From IMG/VR virus record IMGVR_UViG_3300000062_000013, positions 1 to 37,178 of that record: a DNA stretch of 37,178 bases; one strand, given 5' to 3'. This stretch comes from a virus. A program made the position numbers and the translations under genes. The notes below the pieces were generated by a model. That model did not search any database and was not told the DNA's origin. It saw only the letters and a program-made list of their open reading frames with translations. Position 1 is the first letter of the stretch. Every line of letters begins with the position of its first letter. Positions 18,317 through 25,497 of this stretch are shown here, one piece after another.

Positions 18317-18643
18317 TTATTTCTCCTGTTTGTCTTTTAAGTTTTCTAATGCTTCAATAATTTCAATAATCAGCATAGTATCGCAAATTATTCCGGTGGC
18401 GCCTGCTATCAATTTATCAATTTGCTGATTTCGATAGCTGTTGCAAGGTTTTAATTTTGTTTCTATTGCCTCATAATGCGGGCAATTTTCGCAATCGGGC
18501 TCCTCTTCGGATTCAGATTCGGGGCAATCGGGATTATCGCAAATTGTATATTCCGGTGTTAAGCAATTGCCGATACCGAAAGGTACCGGCACGCTGTCGC
18601 CGCCTTCTAAAATTGCATATTTGCAAATTGGTTTCTGGCTCAT
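18317..18643 (-). CDS. Cys-rich hypothetical protein
   Basis: 108-aa ORF with several Cys pairs (CDNPDCPE, CENCPH). The SD GGAG is formed by the right arm of the palindrome at 18654..18669. Confidence 0.55.
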   Translation of the reverse strand: MSQKPICKYAILEGGDSVPVPFGIGNCLTPEYTICDNPDCPESESEEEPDCENCPHYEAIETKLKPCNSYRNQQIDKLIAGATGIICDTMLIIEIIEALENLKDKQEK

Positions 18644-18653
18644 GATTTCGGCT

Positions 18654-18669
18654 CCGTTTATTATAAACG
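18654..18669. repeat. Palindrome copy P6, CCGTTTATTATAAACG (outer G replaced by A)
   Basis: Overlaps the stop of the small ORF 18661..18819 and supplies GGAG for the 18643 start. Confidence 0.9.
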
Positions 18670-18819
18670 ACTTTGTAAATGCTTTTCCATTTCTTCTGCT
18701 GCTTCGGTATTTGAAAAAGTGTCCAAAACAGCTTGTGTTATCGGTTCGCCATCTAAATAAACGGTGGCGGTCAAAGCTCCTAAATTACAATGTACTATTT
18801 TACATCTTGCGTTTAACAT
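18661..18819 (-). CDS. Small hypothetical protein (52 aa), below the ORF-track cutoff
   Basis: Hand translation gives MLNARCKIVHCNLGALTATVYLDGEPITQAVLDTFSNTEAAEEMEKHLQSRL. GAGGGA lies 6 nt upstream of the ATG. Its TAA lies inside the palindrome. Confidence 0.45.
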   Translation of the reverse strand: MLNARCKIVHCNLGALTATVYLDGEPITQAVLDTFSNTEAAEEMEKHLQSRL

Positions 18820-18849
18820 TTGGTATCCCTCGCTATTGAAAAAATAATT

Positions 18850-19134
18850 TTAATCTGTCATTTCTGACAGAATCTTTTTAAGTCCGCGCAATCCTTTCGG
18901 TTCGCCGTCAATCGTAAATTCTTTTGTTAAATAAACATTCGCTCGTGATGATGAGCAATTGCAAATTAAATGACATTGTTTGCCTTCATATTCAAATTTT
19001 TTATTAATTGTATATTTGGCTTCTTGCCGTGCTCTTTCCTGTGCATTTCCGTTGAATTTCCAAAAATATGAATTTTTTGTACTTTCCCATGTTTCAATCA
19101 TTTCCTCAATTTCTGCTTTTGTAATGTTTGCCAT
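18850..19134 (-). CDS. Hypothetical protein
   Basis: 94-aa ORF with AGGAAA SD. Preceded by the 16-bp palindrome TGTCGATTAATCGACA. Confidence 0.55.
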   Translation of the reverse strand: MANITKAEIEEMIETWESTKNSYFWKFNGNAQERARQEAKYTINKKFEYEGKQCHLICNCSSSRANVYLTKEFTIDGEPKGLRGLKKILSEMTD

Positions 19135-19146
19135 GATTTTGTTTCC

Positions 19147-19162
19147 TGTCGATTAATCGACA
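19147..19162. promoter_or_regulatory. Perfect 16-bp palindrome TGTCGATTAATCGACA, operator-like
   Basis: Read directly. Ends 13 nt upstream of the 19134 start on the minus strand. Confidence 0.45.
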
Positions 19163-19183
19163 AAATAAATAATGCTTTCAAAG

Positions 19184-19210
19184 TATATAAAGATTATGAA
19201 GTTTAGAAAG
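19184..19210. promoter_or_regulatory. AT-rich border motif, copy C (TATATAAAGATTATGAAGTTTAGAAAG)
   Basis: Lies between the primase-helicase stop (19212) and the 19134 start. Confidence 0.4.
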
Positions 19211-19211
19211 A

Positions 19212-21248
19212 TTATGAATCTTTAATATAAAATCTCTGTGTCCTGTTAGTGTTTTTATCCCATTTTGGCGTACTGTAATAATCCAAATCTTTTAATTGCG
19301 TTGAAAATGTATTCCTTGATAGCGGTTTATAATTATTGTTACGGCACCATGTCAAATAGTCTTTATAAAATGTGTCTGCCGGTGTCGATTCAATATCAAT
19401 TTGCGTTTCTTCACATTCATTTATAAATTCAATGACAGGATTATTGTATATTTTATATTCGTTTGCCATTTGTATTACTTTTTCGCTAACAGTAAACCCG
19501 TTTTTTTGGATTCTAAAATATGCTTCAATGAATAATTTAAGCCAATATTCAAGCGCGGCAGGCGTTGTAAGTTTTTTAATAATGTAAGGGTCAATTTTAA
19601 CTTTTCCCTCTTCCGTTATCGTTTCTTTTTTAAATGTTGCCAAAAAAGGAATGAAAATTAACCGTCTTAAAAACGCATAGCTTTTATCGCTACTTCGCGG
19701 CATTTCGTTTCCTGCAAAAATTAATTTTGCAGCGTTTTTAAAATCAATTCCTGATTTATGTTTTACGTTTGCCGTTGTCATGTCGCCCGTTACTAATTTT
19801 TTAAATGTATCTGTTTCTTCAATAAATTTTTCATTCACTTCTCCCGAAATATTGTATAGCTTGCCTATGATTTTTTCTAATAAAAATTCGCTTGATAGTT
19901 GTTTTAAACTTAAAAATGAGCCATTATTTTGCCCAAAAATCTCAATCAATACATTTAAAAACGTACTTTTTCCGTTTGCTCCGCCGCCGATTAAATAAAA
20001 TACTTGTCCGGCTTCATTTCTTAAACTTAAAATAAATCCGCCGATTTCCAAAATTAAATTTTCAATATCGGGGTCATTTACTGAAATATCTTTTAAGAAA
20101 TTATCAACATCGGCAGAATAAGCATTTTCATCATATTGTACATTAATTTTATACATTGAAACGATATCGGGGGACGGTGTTTTAAATTCGCCTGTTTTAT
20201 TGGACCAAACGCGGCTGCCGATATTGATATATTCAAATAAATCATTTGTTTGATTATCTAATTGTTCAATTCCGTCATCGGTTGCGGCTATATATTTTAA
20301 AATTTCGGTCCGTTCGCGGCTTGGTGTATTTGCAATGCTGTCTACTAATATTGATTCTATTTTATTGATTGAATAGTATCCGTCATAATAGATATGTGGC
20401 GCGTTATTTATTTTAATTACGTTTTTCGTTTTAATAAACCATGTCGCTGCTTCTTGAAATTTAAATCCATATCCTTTTTCATAAAAATCTAATTTATCGG
20501 CTTTATCCATGTCGCTTATTGTCGCATTTCTAAAAGTTTCCGGTCTTAAAATTTCTTTCATTTCGTTATCGGGTAACGGCTCTTGGAATACTTTTTGATT
20601 TATGATTTTGCAGCAATCCATAACATAGTCGGGCGGCATCATTTTTTGCAATCCCATAGCGAACTCGGAGAGTACGGTATTTCTGCCGTCGCCGTTTTGC
20701 ATATTTAAAAGTGAATCGCGGGGTTTGTAGTGCCAAAAAACATAGGGCAGCTCATCTAATTCTTCGCCTTTATACAGTTTATCGTTTATAATAAACGTGC
20801 GTGCCTTGTTTAGCATTTTAAGCGGTTCGTACGGTGGCGTTTTGGTATCTGTTGCTACTTTATACTCTACATTGAGCCCGATTGCGCAAACGTGTCCGGC
20901 TGGTATTGTTTTAGTCAGTCTTATTTTTGGATTGCTTGGATTTTTAAAATAAAAGTGTGCTCCTCTGCCTGTTTTTATGATTGTCGTTTTAAAATTCATT
21001 TTGAAACAAATTTCTTTTATGATTTCTGTTTCTTTTTCGGAATCGCAATCAAGGAACATGAGCCCTTCTTTAAGTTCGCCCGCTATTGATTGGTATTTTG
21101 TAAAATCGGTAACGGGCAATAGTTCTGTTTTGCGTGTCAATAATGGTTTTTTAATTCCGCTATTGGTAAGTTCTTTATCATCTAATCGGAATAGTCCGGC
21201 ATACAGGCTGCCTATGATTTCATAAAATTCTGTTAATGTCATGCTCAT
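19212..21248 (-). CDS. Bifunctional primase-polymerase / D5-type SF3 helicase
   Basis: N-terminal prim-pol motifs LMFLDCDSE (DxD) and TGRGAHFYF. C-terminal P-loop LIGGGANGKST followed by a D5/P4-primase-like region. Confidence 0.75.
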   Translation of the reverse strand: MSMTLTEFYEIIGSLYAGLFRLDDKELTNSGIKKPLLTRKTELLPVTDFTKYQSIAGELKEGLMFLDCDSEKETEIIKEICFKMNFKTTIIKTGRGAHFYFKNPSNPKIRLTKTIPAGHVCAIGLNVEYKVATDTKTPPYEPLKMLNKARTFIINDKLYKGEELDELPYVFWHYKPRDSLLNMQNGDGRNTVLSEFAMGLQKMMPPDYVMDCCKIINQKVFQEPLPDNEMKEILRPETFRNATISDMDKADKLDFYEKGYGFKFQEAATWFIKTKNVIKINNAPHIYYDGYYSINKIESILVDSIANTPSRERTEILKYIAATDDGIEQLDNQTNDLFEYINIGSRVWSNKTGEFKTPSPDIVSMYKINVQYDENAYSADVDNFLKDISVNDPDIENLILEIGGFILSLRNEAGQVFYLIGGGANGKSTFLNVLIEIFGQNNGSFLSLKQLSSEFLLEKIIGKLYNISGEVNEKFIEETDTFKKLVTGDMTTANVKHKSGIDFKNAAKLIFAGNEMPRSSDKSYAFLRRLIFIPFLATFKKETITEEGKVKIDPYIIKKLTTPAALEYWLKLFIEAYFRIQKNGFTVSEKVIQMANEYKIYNNPVIEFINECEETQIDIESTPADTFYKDYLTWCRNNNYKPLSRNTFSTQLKDLDYYSTPKWDKNTNRTQRFYIKDS
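20783..20797. repeat. Palindrome copy P7, CGTTTATAATAAACG (15-bp core), inside the primase-helicase CDS
   Basis: Read directly. Encodes ..FIIND.. on the minus strand. Confidence 0.9.
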
Positions 21249-21272
21249 AAAACCACTTTTCCTGTTATGGTT

Positions 21273-21446
21273 TTATGTTTGGTTTGTTTTATAAAAGTCC
21301 AAAAGTCTTTCTAAAATTGCGCCGTCTGATTCTGCTTTTTTGGTTATGTCGTCAAACTGGCGTAAATTTTGTAATTTTGTTTTTGTGGATTTTTCCACCA
21401 AAATACTGCTCCACTCTTTCCGGTATTCGCTTTTTGGTCTTCCCAT
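21273..21446 (-). CDS. Small DNA-binding-like protein (possible ribbon-helix-helix)
   Basis: ORF track gives 21273..21464. The ATG at 21446 (MGRPKSEY) has AAAGGAAG upstream. The N-terminus is basic, followed by a short beta-like segment. The functional call is weak. Confidence 0.45.
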   Translation of the reverse strand: MGRPKSEYRKEWSSILVEKSTKTKLQNLRQFDDITKKAESDGAILERLLDFYKTNQT

Positions 21447-21447
21447 T

Positions 21448-21588
21448 TTAATCTTCCTTTTCATATTCTTCTTTTATGTATCTTTGATTTTCTCTTATAA
21501 TTTCCGGTATGCTGTCTATCGTTTGTATTATTTTTTTGCTGATATACGCTAGGGCAATTAGGTATATGCAAAACATTATTAAAATCAT
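21448..21588 (-). CDS. Small membrane-anchored hypothetical protein (46 aa)
   Basis: Hand translation gives MILIMFCIYLIALAYISKKIIQTIDSIPEIIRENQRYIKEEYEKED. AGGAA SD lies 9 nt upstream. One hydrophobic N-terminal helix. Confidence 0.4.
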   Translation of the reverse strand: MILIMFCIYLIALAYISKKIIQTIDSIPEIIRENQRYIKEEYEKED

Positions 21589-21632
21589 TTTCTTTTATTC
21601 CTTTCGGTTTTAATTTTGGTTTTTTTTCGGTT

Positions 21633-21932
21633 TTAATTTTGGTATGCTGACAATGCGAAAGTTATATTTTCATCGTTAATAGTAACGATGTAGTATGTTA
21701 TTACTTTTTGTCCTTTGCAGCCTGTTTGTATGCATTGGTATGCGCCGTATAATTCCGGTGTGATGTTGTTTTCTGGTGGGAATCTTATAGCGCTGTCGCC
21801 TATGTTTAACGGTTGTCTGTTTGAAATATTGAAGACATCGCGGAAAAACTTGGTTATTTTTTTGCCGTTTCTGCCATCGTCATTTTCATTTATTAATCGT
21901 TCGGTTAGTTGTGCAATTTTTTCGATTTGCAT
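21633..21932 (-). CDS. Hypothetical protein, first gene of the leftward early operon
   Basis: 99-aa ORF with a strong SD (AAGGAGGCAAAAAATG). Confidence 0.6.
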   Translation of the reverse strand: MQIEKIAQLTERLINENDDGRNGKKITKFFRDVFNISNRQPLNIGDSAIRFPPENNITPELYGAYQCIQTGCKGQKVITYYIVTINDENITFALSAYQN

Positions 21933-22002
21933 TTTTTGCCTCCTTAAAAATACTATATTGAGTATGGCATTTATAGTATATATATTTAACTATTTCTTTT
22001 TT

Positions 22003-22019
22003 CCGTTTATAATAAACGG
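22003..22019. repeat. Palindrome copy P8, CCGTTTATAATAAACGG
   Basis: Lies about 70 nt upstream of the first leftward early gene (start 21932), at the edge of the ORF-free control region. Confidence 0.95.
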
Positions 22020-22035
22020 TTTTTGTTTGTTTTAA

Positions 22036-22110
22036 TTTGTTTTGATTTTCGGTATTTTCTTTATTTTGGATTTTTGAATTTCGTTTTATTTTTTTTTTGA
22101 TATTTTTTAA
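22036..22110. promoter_or_regulatory. Extremely A/T-rich tract (includes T10 at 22089..22098), candidate DNA-unwinding element
   Basis: Read directly. Lies next to the iteron cluster and the replication genes. Confidence 0.4.
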
Positions 22111-22115
22111 ATATC

Positions 22116-22558
22116 GTAAGGAGTGTAAGGATTTTGTAAGGTAATTTTCGTTATTGGGAGAAGTTCCTTACAGACCTTACAAACATTACAGTATAAAATA
22201 GTATATTGTCTATATTACCTTATATGCTAACATAGAGTATATGTTGCTTTGCACAGAAACTAAATTGAAAAAATTCTGTAAGGTCTGTATGGAGTTCTCT
22301 TGGTATTGAAAATCACCTTACACTTTCTTACACTTTGATGTGTAAGGCGTTTTAAAAATCAAATCAAATCAAATCAAATCATAAAAAAAAGTTTGTTTTT
22401 AGGATACTAATAGTACCTATAGTCTTTAGAATGAAAATTATTGTCAATAATGCGTTTTGCAAATTTTTGAAAAAGGGGCTTAAATTTATGTGTTTTTATA
22501 CTCATAAAATTCTGTAAGGTTTGTAAGGAATGTTTATCGCTGACGTTTTTTCCTTACA
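22116..22558. repeat. Iteron-like cluster of TGTAAGG / CCTTACA heptamers (candidate origin or operator array)
   Basis: Ten perfect copies. Forward copies: 22124, 22135, 22277, 22341, 22513, 22522. Reverse copies: 22166, 22175, 22316, 22552. Also GTAAGG at 22116 and several one-mismatch copies. The 15-mer AAAATTCTGTAAGGT occurs twice (near 22270 and 22507). The region has no ORF of 60 aa or more. Confidence 0.7.
22356..22380. repeat. Pentanucleotide microsatellite (AAATC)x5
   Basis: Read directly. Followed by AT, so it ends in AAATCAT, the heptad repeated in the 28-mers at 25020 and 29575. Confidence 0.95.
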
Positions 22559-23076
22559 ATATTCATAAATCGCTATGGGGCTGATAACTGTTATTTTTTG
22601 GCAATTTTTGATTTTTCAATTTTACTTTTTTTGCTTTTGTGATTCTTTGGCAATTTTAAAATCGTCCAAACGGTCCAAAAACAAGGCTAAAATGAACGAA
22701 TATGATTTAATATAGTTTTGTATGACTTAATCGCCGAACACTTGCCAGCTGTCAGCAATGCAATTTCGTTATTTGGAAAGGTTGTTTAAAAACGATAGCG
22801 GAAAACGTAAAAGATAAGAGCCGAATAAAACAATAAATTTATATATCATATATGCGTATAGTAACGTGCTGTAAAGTTCCAAATCTTTCTTGCTTTAGAT
22901 TCGGATACCCTCTCAAAAAAGTCATGATTGCCGCTGTTGTTTTTCAGATGATGACAGCGGTTCAAACTTATCAAAAACGATAACAGCAAACACCTTTTGT
23001 TTTCAAAACCTCCATTTTTATTTTTTTCAATATCTTTAAATAGTTCTGCCGCTTATTCTTTTTTGGTGATTTTAAA

Positions 23077-23547
23077 ATGAATGAATTTCTTTTAAAACTG
23101 TTTAAACCGATTGCAAAAGCAGTCGCCGCAGACCGCCGCGAACATTGGGCAAAACGCCTTGACAGCGGCGGACGGATTACATCCCGCGAATTGAAAGACG
23201 CAACGAATAACCGCGTTATGTTGCGAACAGCCGATACCGAATATAAAATTATTTCATATCCGGCATTTTTAGAATATATCCGAGAAGATGATACGGCAGA
23301 CTTTGTTTATCAGCCGGAAGGCGTTTTTGATTGCGACAATTTCGGCGCCGTTTTCGATGGTCGTATTAAAGAAATGGGCAATTTCAGTTGCGGGCGTATT
23401 CATGGCTATTTTACATGGGTAGAGGGCTATCACGAATGCAATTTAATTTATACGACAATGGGCTACATTTTATATGAGCCGCAGAACCGCAAAATTTACC
23501 GTTTTGATGAAGATATGACCCGCATTTCCGAAGTCGCTTTAATGTAA
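23077..23547 (+). CDS. Hypothetical protein (orphan, locally G+C-rich); possible Cys/His papain-like fold, speculative
   Basis: 156-aa ORF with GGTGA SD. VFDCDNFGAVF ... GYHECNLIY is loosely reminiscent of transglutaminase/NlpC-type Cys-His cores. Two 60-nt lines I counted (23101..23220) each have 32/60 G+C, well above the rest of the genome. Confidence 0.55.
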   Translation: MNEFLLKLFKPIAKAVAADRREHWAKRLDSGGRITSRELKDATNNRVMLRTADTEYKIISYPAFLEYIREDDTADFVYQPEGVFDCDNFGAVFDGRIKEMGNFSCGRIHGYFTWVEGYHECNLIYTTMGYILYEPQNRKIYRFDEDMTRISEVALM

Positions 23548-23561
23548 AAAAGAATAATCAT

Positions 23562-23578
23562 CCAATAGATAGTTACGC
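23562..23578. repeat. 17-bp inverted-repeat arm CCAATAGATAGTTACGC (left)
   Basis: Perfect reverse complement of 24987..25003. Confidence 0.9.
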
Positions 23579-23586
23579 TTCTAAAC

Positions 23587-23612
23587 TATATAAAGTTTAT
23601 GAAGTTTAGAAA
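23587..23612. promoter_or_regulatory. AT-rich border motif, copy D (TATATAAAGTTTATGAAGTTTAGAAA)
   Basis: Lies between the convergent genes, immediately after the 17-bp inverted-repeat arm at 23562..23578. Confidence 0.35.
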
Positions 23613-23658
23613 ATTGAATGATAATTGAAAATGACAATCTGAAAAATGCAAAAAAAAT

Positions 23659-23683
23659 AATCCCGTTTATTATAAACGGGATT
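23659..23683. terminator. Palindrome copy P9 extended to a 25-bp palindrome (AATCCCGTTTATTATAAACGGGATT); bidirectional terminator-like
   Basis: Core at 23663..23679. Lies between convergent genes ending at 23547 (+) and 23692 (-). T-rich sequence follows on both strands (TTTCTTATTTT and ATTATTTTTTTT). Confidence 0.65.
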
Positions 23684-23691
23684 TTCTTATT

Positions 23692-24459
23692 TTAAACCGC
23701 TTCTTTGCCTGTGATTGTTAAGGGTTTATCCCATTTACCTATGTCGTAATGGCTCCAAAAGTTGGTATTGAAATAATCAATTCGTCCGTCGCAATCGCTG
23801 AAACGGTAAGATTCGGCAAACTCCTGAACATCTTTTAAAATTGCTCTGGCGGTCGGTGTCATGAAATCATAACGGTTGCCATAGTTCCAACCTTGAACGC
23901 GTCCCATCTCTTTCTCAACGATTTTTTGGACCGTTTCGGGTGTGTTGTCGCAGGCGTATCTTTCCGTTCTTATTGCGGTTTCAATCCAATTTTTAATGCC
24001 CTCATCCGTCCAAATTTGTTCCGGTGCTGTCATTAATTTAATGTTTAAATTCTGTCCGCCGCTGTAGTATTCCGTTGTTATGGAAAACTTCCAACCTTTA
24101 TATTTTTTCACATATTCGCGGACGCTGATAGTGATTTCTTTTAAATTCATACTTGAATTATAACGGTCGCCTGCCCAGCCGTGTTCCGTGTAAAACTGTG
24201 AGCGGAAGCCCTCGGCGGTTTCGGGTTGCGGGTCATCATAAAACGGTTTTGTTTCATGTCTGCAATTCGGGTGCCATACAGGGCTTGCTGTTGTTTTTTG
24301 GCTGAATGAAAGAATTTTAAAAGCGCGGTCAAATTCGACATTAACCGCCTTCATTGTTTCTAAATCGCCGCCTCGGTCGGGGTGGTGTTGCATTGCTAAT
24401 TTTCGGTATTCGGTTTTGAGCGTTTCAAGGGTTTTACAGCTGCTGAAAAATGTTTTCAT
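23692..24459 (-). CDS. J-domain (DnaJ-like) protein with uncharacterised C-terminal domain
   Basis: N-terminal LKTEYRKLAMQHHPDRGGDLETMKAVNVEFDRAF contains the HPD tripeptide of J domains. The remaining ~190 aa is unrecognised. Confidence 0.75.
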   Translation of the reverse strand: MKTFFSSCKTLETLKTEYRKLAMQHHPDRGGDLETMKAVNVEFDRAFKILSFSQKTTASPVWHPNCRHETKPFYDDPQPETAEGFRSQFYTEHGWAGDRYNSSMNLKEITISVREYVKKYKGWKFSITTEYYSGGQNLNIKLMTAPEQIWTDEGIKNWIETAIRTERYACDNTPETVQKIVEKEMGRVQGWNYGNRYDFMTPTARAILKDVQEFAESYRFSDCDGRIDYFNTNFWSHYDIGKWDKPLTITGKEAV

Positions 24460-24465
24460 TTTAAA

Positions 24466-24609
24466 TCACTCCTGATTTTCAAATTCGGTTCTTAATCTTA
24501 AAATGTCGCTCGGACTGTTTCCTAAAAGGTGTTGCCCGATAGCGTCCATGTATGCTTTGGCTGTTACTTCTTCGGTTTTTCCGTTTTTAAAATCTTTAAA
24601 ATATTTCAT
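24466..24609 (-). CDS. Small hypothetical protein (47 aa), below the ORF-track cutoff
   Basis: Hand translation gives MKYFKDFKNGKTEEVTAKAYMDAIGQHLLGNSPSDILRLRTEFENQE. Strong SD AAGGAGAG 8 nt upstream. Its end (CAGGAGTGA) supplies the SD for the J-domain gene. Confidence 0.5.
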   Translation of the reverse strand: MKYFKDFKNGKTEEVTAKAYMDAIGQHLLGNSPSDILRLRTEFENQE

Positions 24610-24622
24610 GTTGATTCTCTCC

Positions 24623-24865
24623 TTAAAGTCCAATGTTTAAAATTCCGTCTTTCATCGTTTCGGTTGTTGTCGCTTTGTATTGCTTGAAAATGGTTTTCAA
24701 GTGTTTTAAAATTTCGTTGTCGTTGCCTTCAATTTCAATTGTTTTTACCCAGTCATAAAAGGACTTCTCGCATTTGAAATCATTGGAAATTCTGTTTTCA
24801 ATTTTAATGTTTCTGTTTTTGTTCATATTTGAAAACGATTGATTTAAATTGATTCTGATTGTCAT
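24623..24865 (-). CDS. Hypothetical protein
   Basis: ORF track gives 24623..24910. I prefer the ATG at 24865 (MTIRINLNQ), which has AGGAG 10 nt upstream. Confidence 0.5.
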   Translation of the reverse strand: MTIRINLNQSFSNMNKNRNIKIENRISNDFKCEKSFYDWVKTIEIEGNDNEILKHLKTIFKQYKATTTETMKDGILNIGL

Positions 24866-24924
24866 GATTTTCTGGCTCCTGATTTTTAATTTAATTCTTA
24901 ACAAATACAAGAAGGCGTTAATAG

Positions 24925-24969
24925 TATATAAACCTTATGAAGTTTATAAAGATTATGAAGTTTAGAAAG
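24925..24969. promoter_or_regulatory. AT-rich border motif, copy E (tandem 1.5 copies: TATATAAACCTTATGAAGTTTA TAAAGATTATGAAGTTTAGAAAG)
   Basis: Lies in the divergent region between 24865 (-) and 25108 (+). Confidence 0.4.
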
Positions 24970-24986
24970 TTATATATACGATTGGT

Positions 24987-25003
24987 GCGTAACTATCTAT
25001 TGG
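24987..25003. repeat. 17-bp inverted-repeat arm GCGTAACTATCTATTGG (right)
   Basis: Perfect reverse complement of 23562..23578. Confidence 0.9.
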
Positions 25004-25019
25004 TTGTTGTTGTTATAAT

Positions 25020-25047
25020 AAATCATAGTAAATCATTTTAAATCATG
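25020..25047 (+). promoter_or_regulatory. 28-nt element with three AAATCAT heptads at 10-bp phasing; candidate late promoter/activator site (copy 1)
   Basis: AAATCATAGTAAATCATTTTAAATCATG matches 29575..29602 at 27/28 positions. Lies 60 nt upstream of the small-terminase ATG, and a TATAAT sits at 25014..25019. Confidence 0.5.
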
Positions 25048-25107
25048 GCAACGGCTGACGAATATTTAAATACTTGTTTTCAAATATATTCTATCCGTTG
25101 ATGTTTT

Positions 25108-25497
25108 ATGGGTCGCCCGAAAAAAGAGATAGTACAAATTCAAAAAGTGGTAGAAGTAACGCCTACCGATGACGATTTAATTGCGATAGCGGAAGGCGGA
25201 TTAACTGAAATCATTAGCGGGCGAATTATAACTTTAAAATCATGGATTGCTTATGATTCAACATTAAAAGCGGATGTAAAATATACGCAAAAATACATAC
25301 CCCCCGACGCTTCTATGATTCGGTATGCGTTGAATAATCGTAATCAAGAACGCTGGCAGGACCGTGTAAAAGTTGAATTAGTAGATAGAACAGCCCTAGA
25401 AGAACTTTTGCAAGAAACAAAATCAATCATAGGCAGAGAAGTTGCAATAATTGAGCTTACAGACGGTTTTGAAAATGAGTATGAGGCGACCGAATGA
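25108..25497 (+). CDS. Terminase small subunit (by position and basic N-terminus)
   Basis: 129-aa ORF with an ATGA overlap onto the large terminase. N-terminal MGRPKKE. Confidence 0.55.
   Translation: MGRPKKEIVQIQKVVEVTPTDDDLIAIAEGGLTEIISGRIITLKSWIAYDSTLKADVKYTQKYIPPDASMIRYALNNRNQERWQDRVKVELVDRTALEELLQETKSIIGREVAIIELTDGFENEYEATE

Noticed and set aside
21605-21643. Direct duplication of CGGTTTTAATTTTGGT (21605..21620 and 21628..21643) spanning the stop of gene 21633..21932.
   Set aside because: It is a real repeat, but short and local. It most likely reflects a small tandem duplication of the gene end with no inferable function.
22116-22558. Heptamer array and (AAATC)x5 considered as a CRISPR-like array.
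   Set aside because: The repeats are 5-7 bp long, occur in both orientations and have irregular spacing. There are no repeat units of 24 bp or more and no spacer structure.
22596-22665. Two TTGGCAATTTT sequences considered as sigma-54 (-24/-12) promoters.
   Set aside because: The GG-N10-GC spacing of the sigma-54 consensus is not met in either copy.
21933-23076. Search for a tRNA (especially a CUA-anticodon suppressor) here and in all other intergenic regions.
   Set aside because: I found no GTTCRANYC-type T-loop with matching acceptor or T stems, and no 70-90 nt GC-enriched cloverleaf candidate by eye. A dedicated tool should confirm this.
23619-23696. Micro-ORF MIIENDNLKNAKKIIPFIINGIFLF running through the palindrome and terminator.
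   Set aside because: It has no SD. Its sequence is dictated by the palindrome (PFIING again). It is more simply read as a non-coding terminator region.
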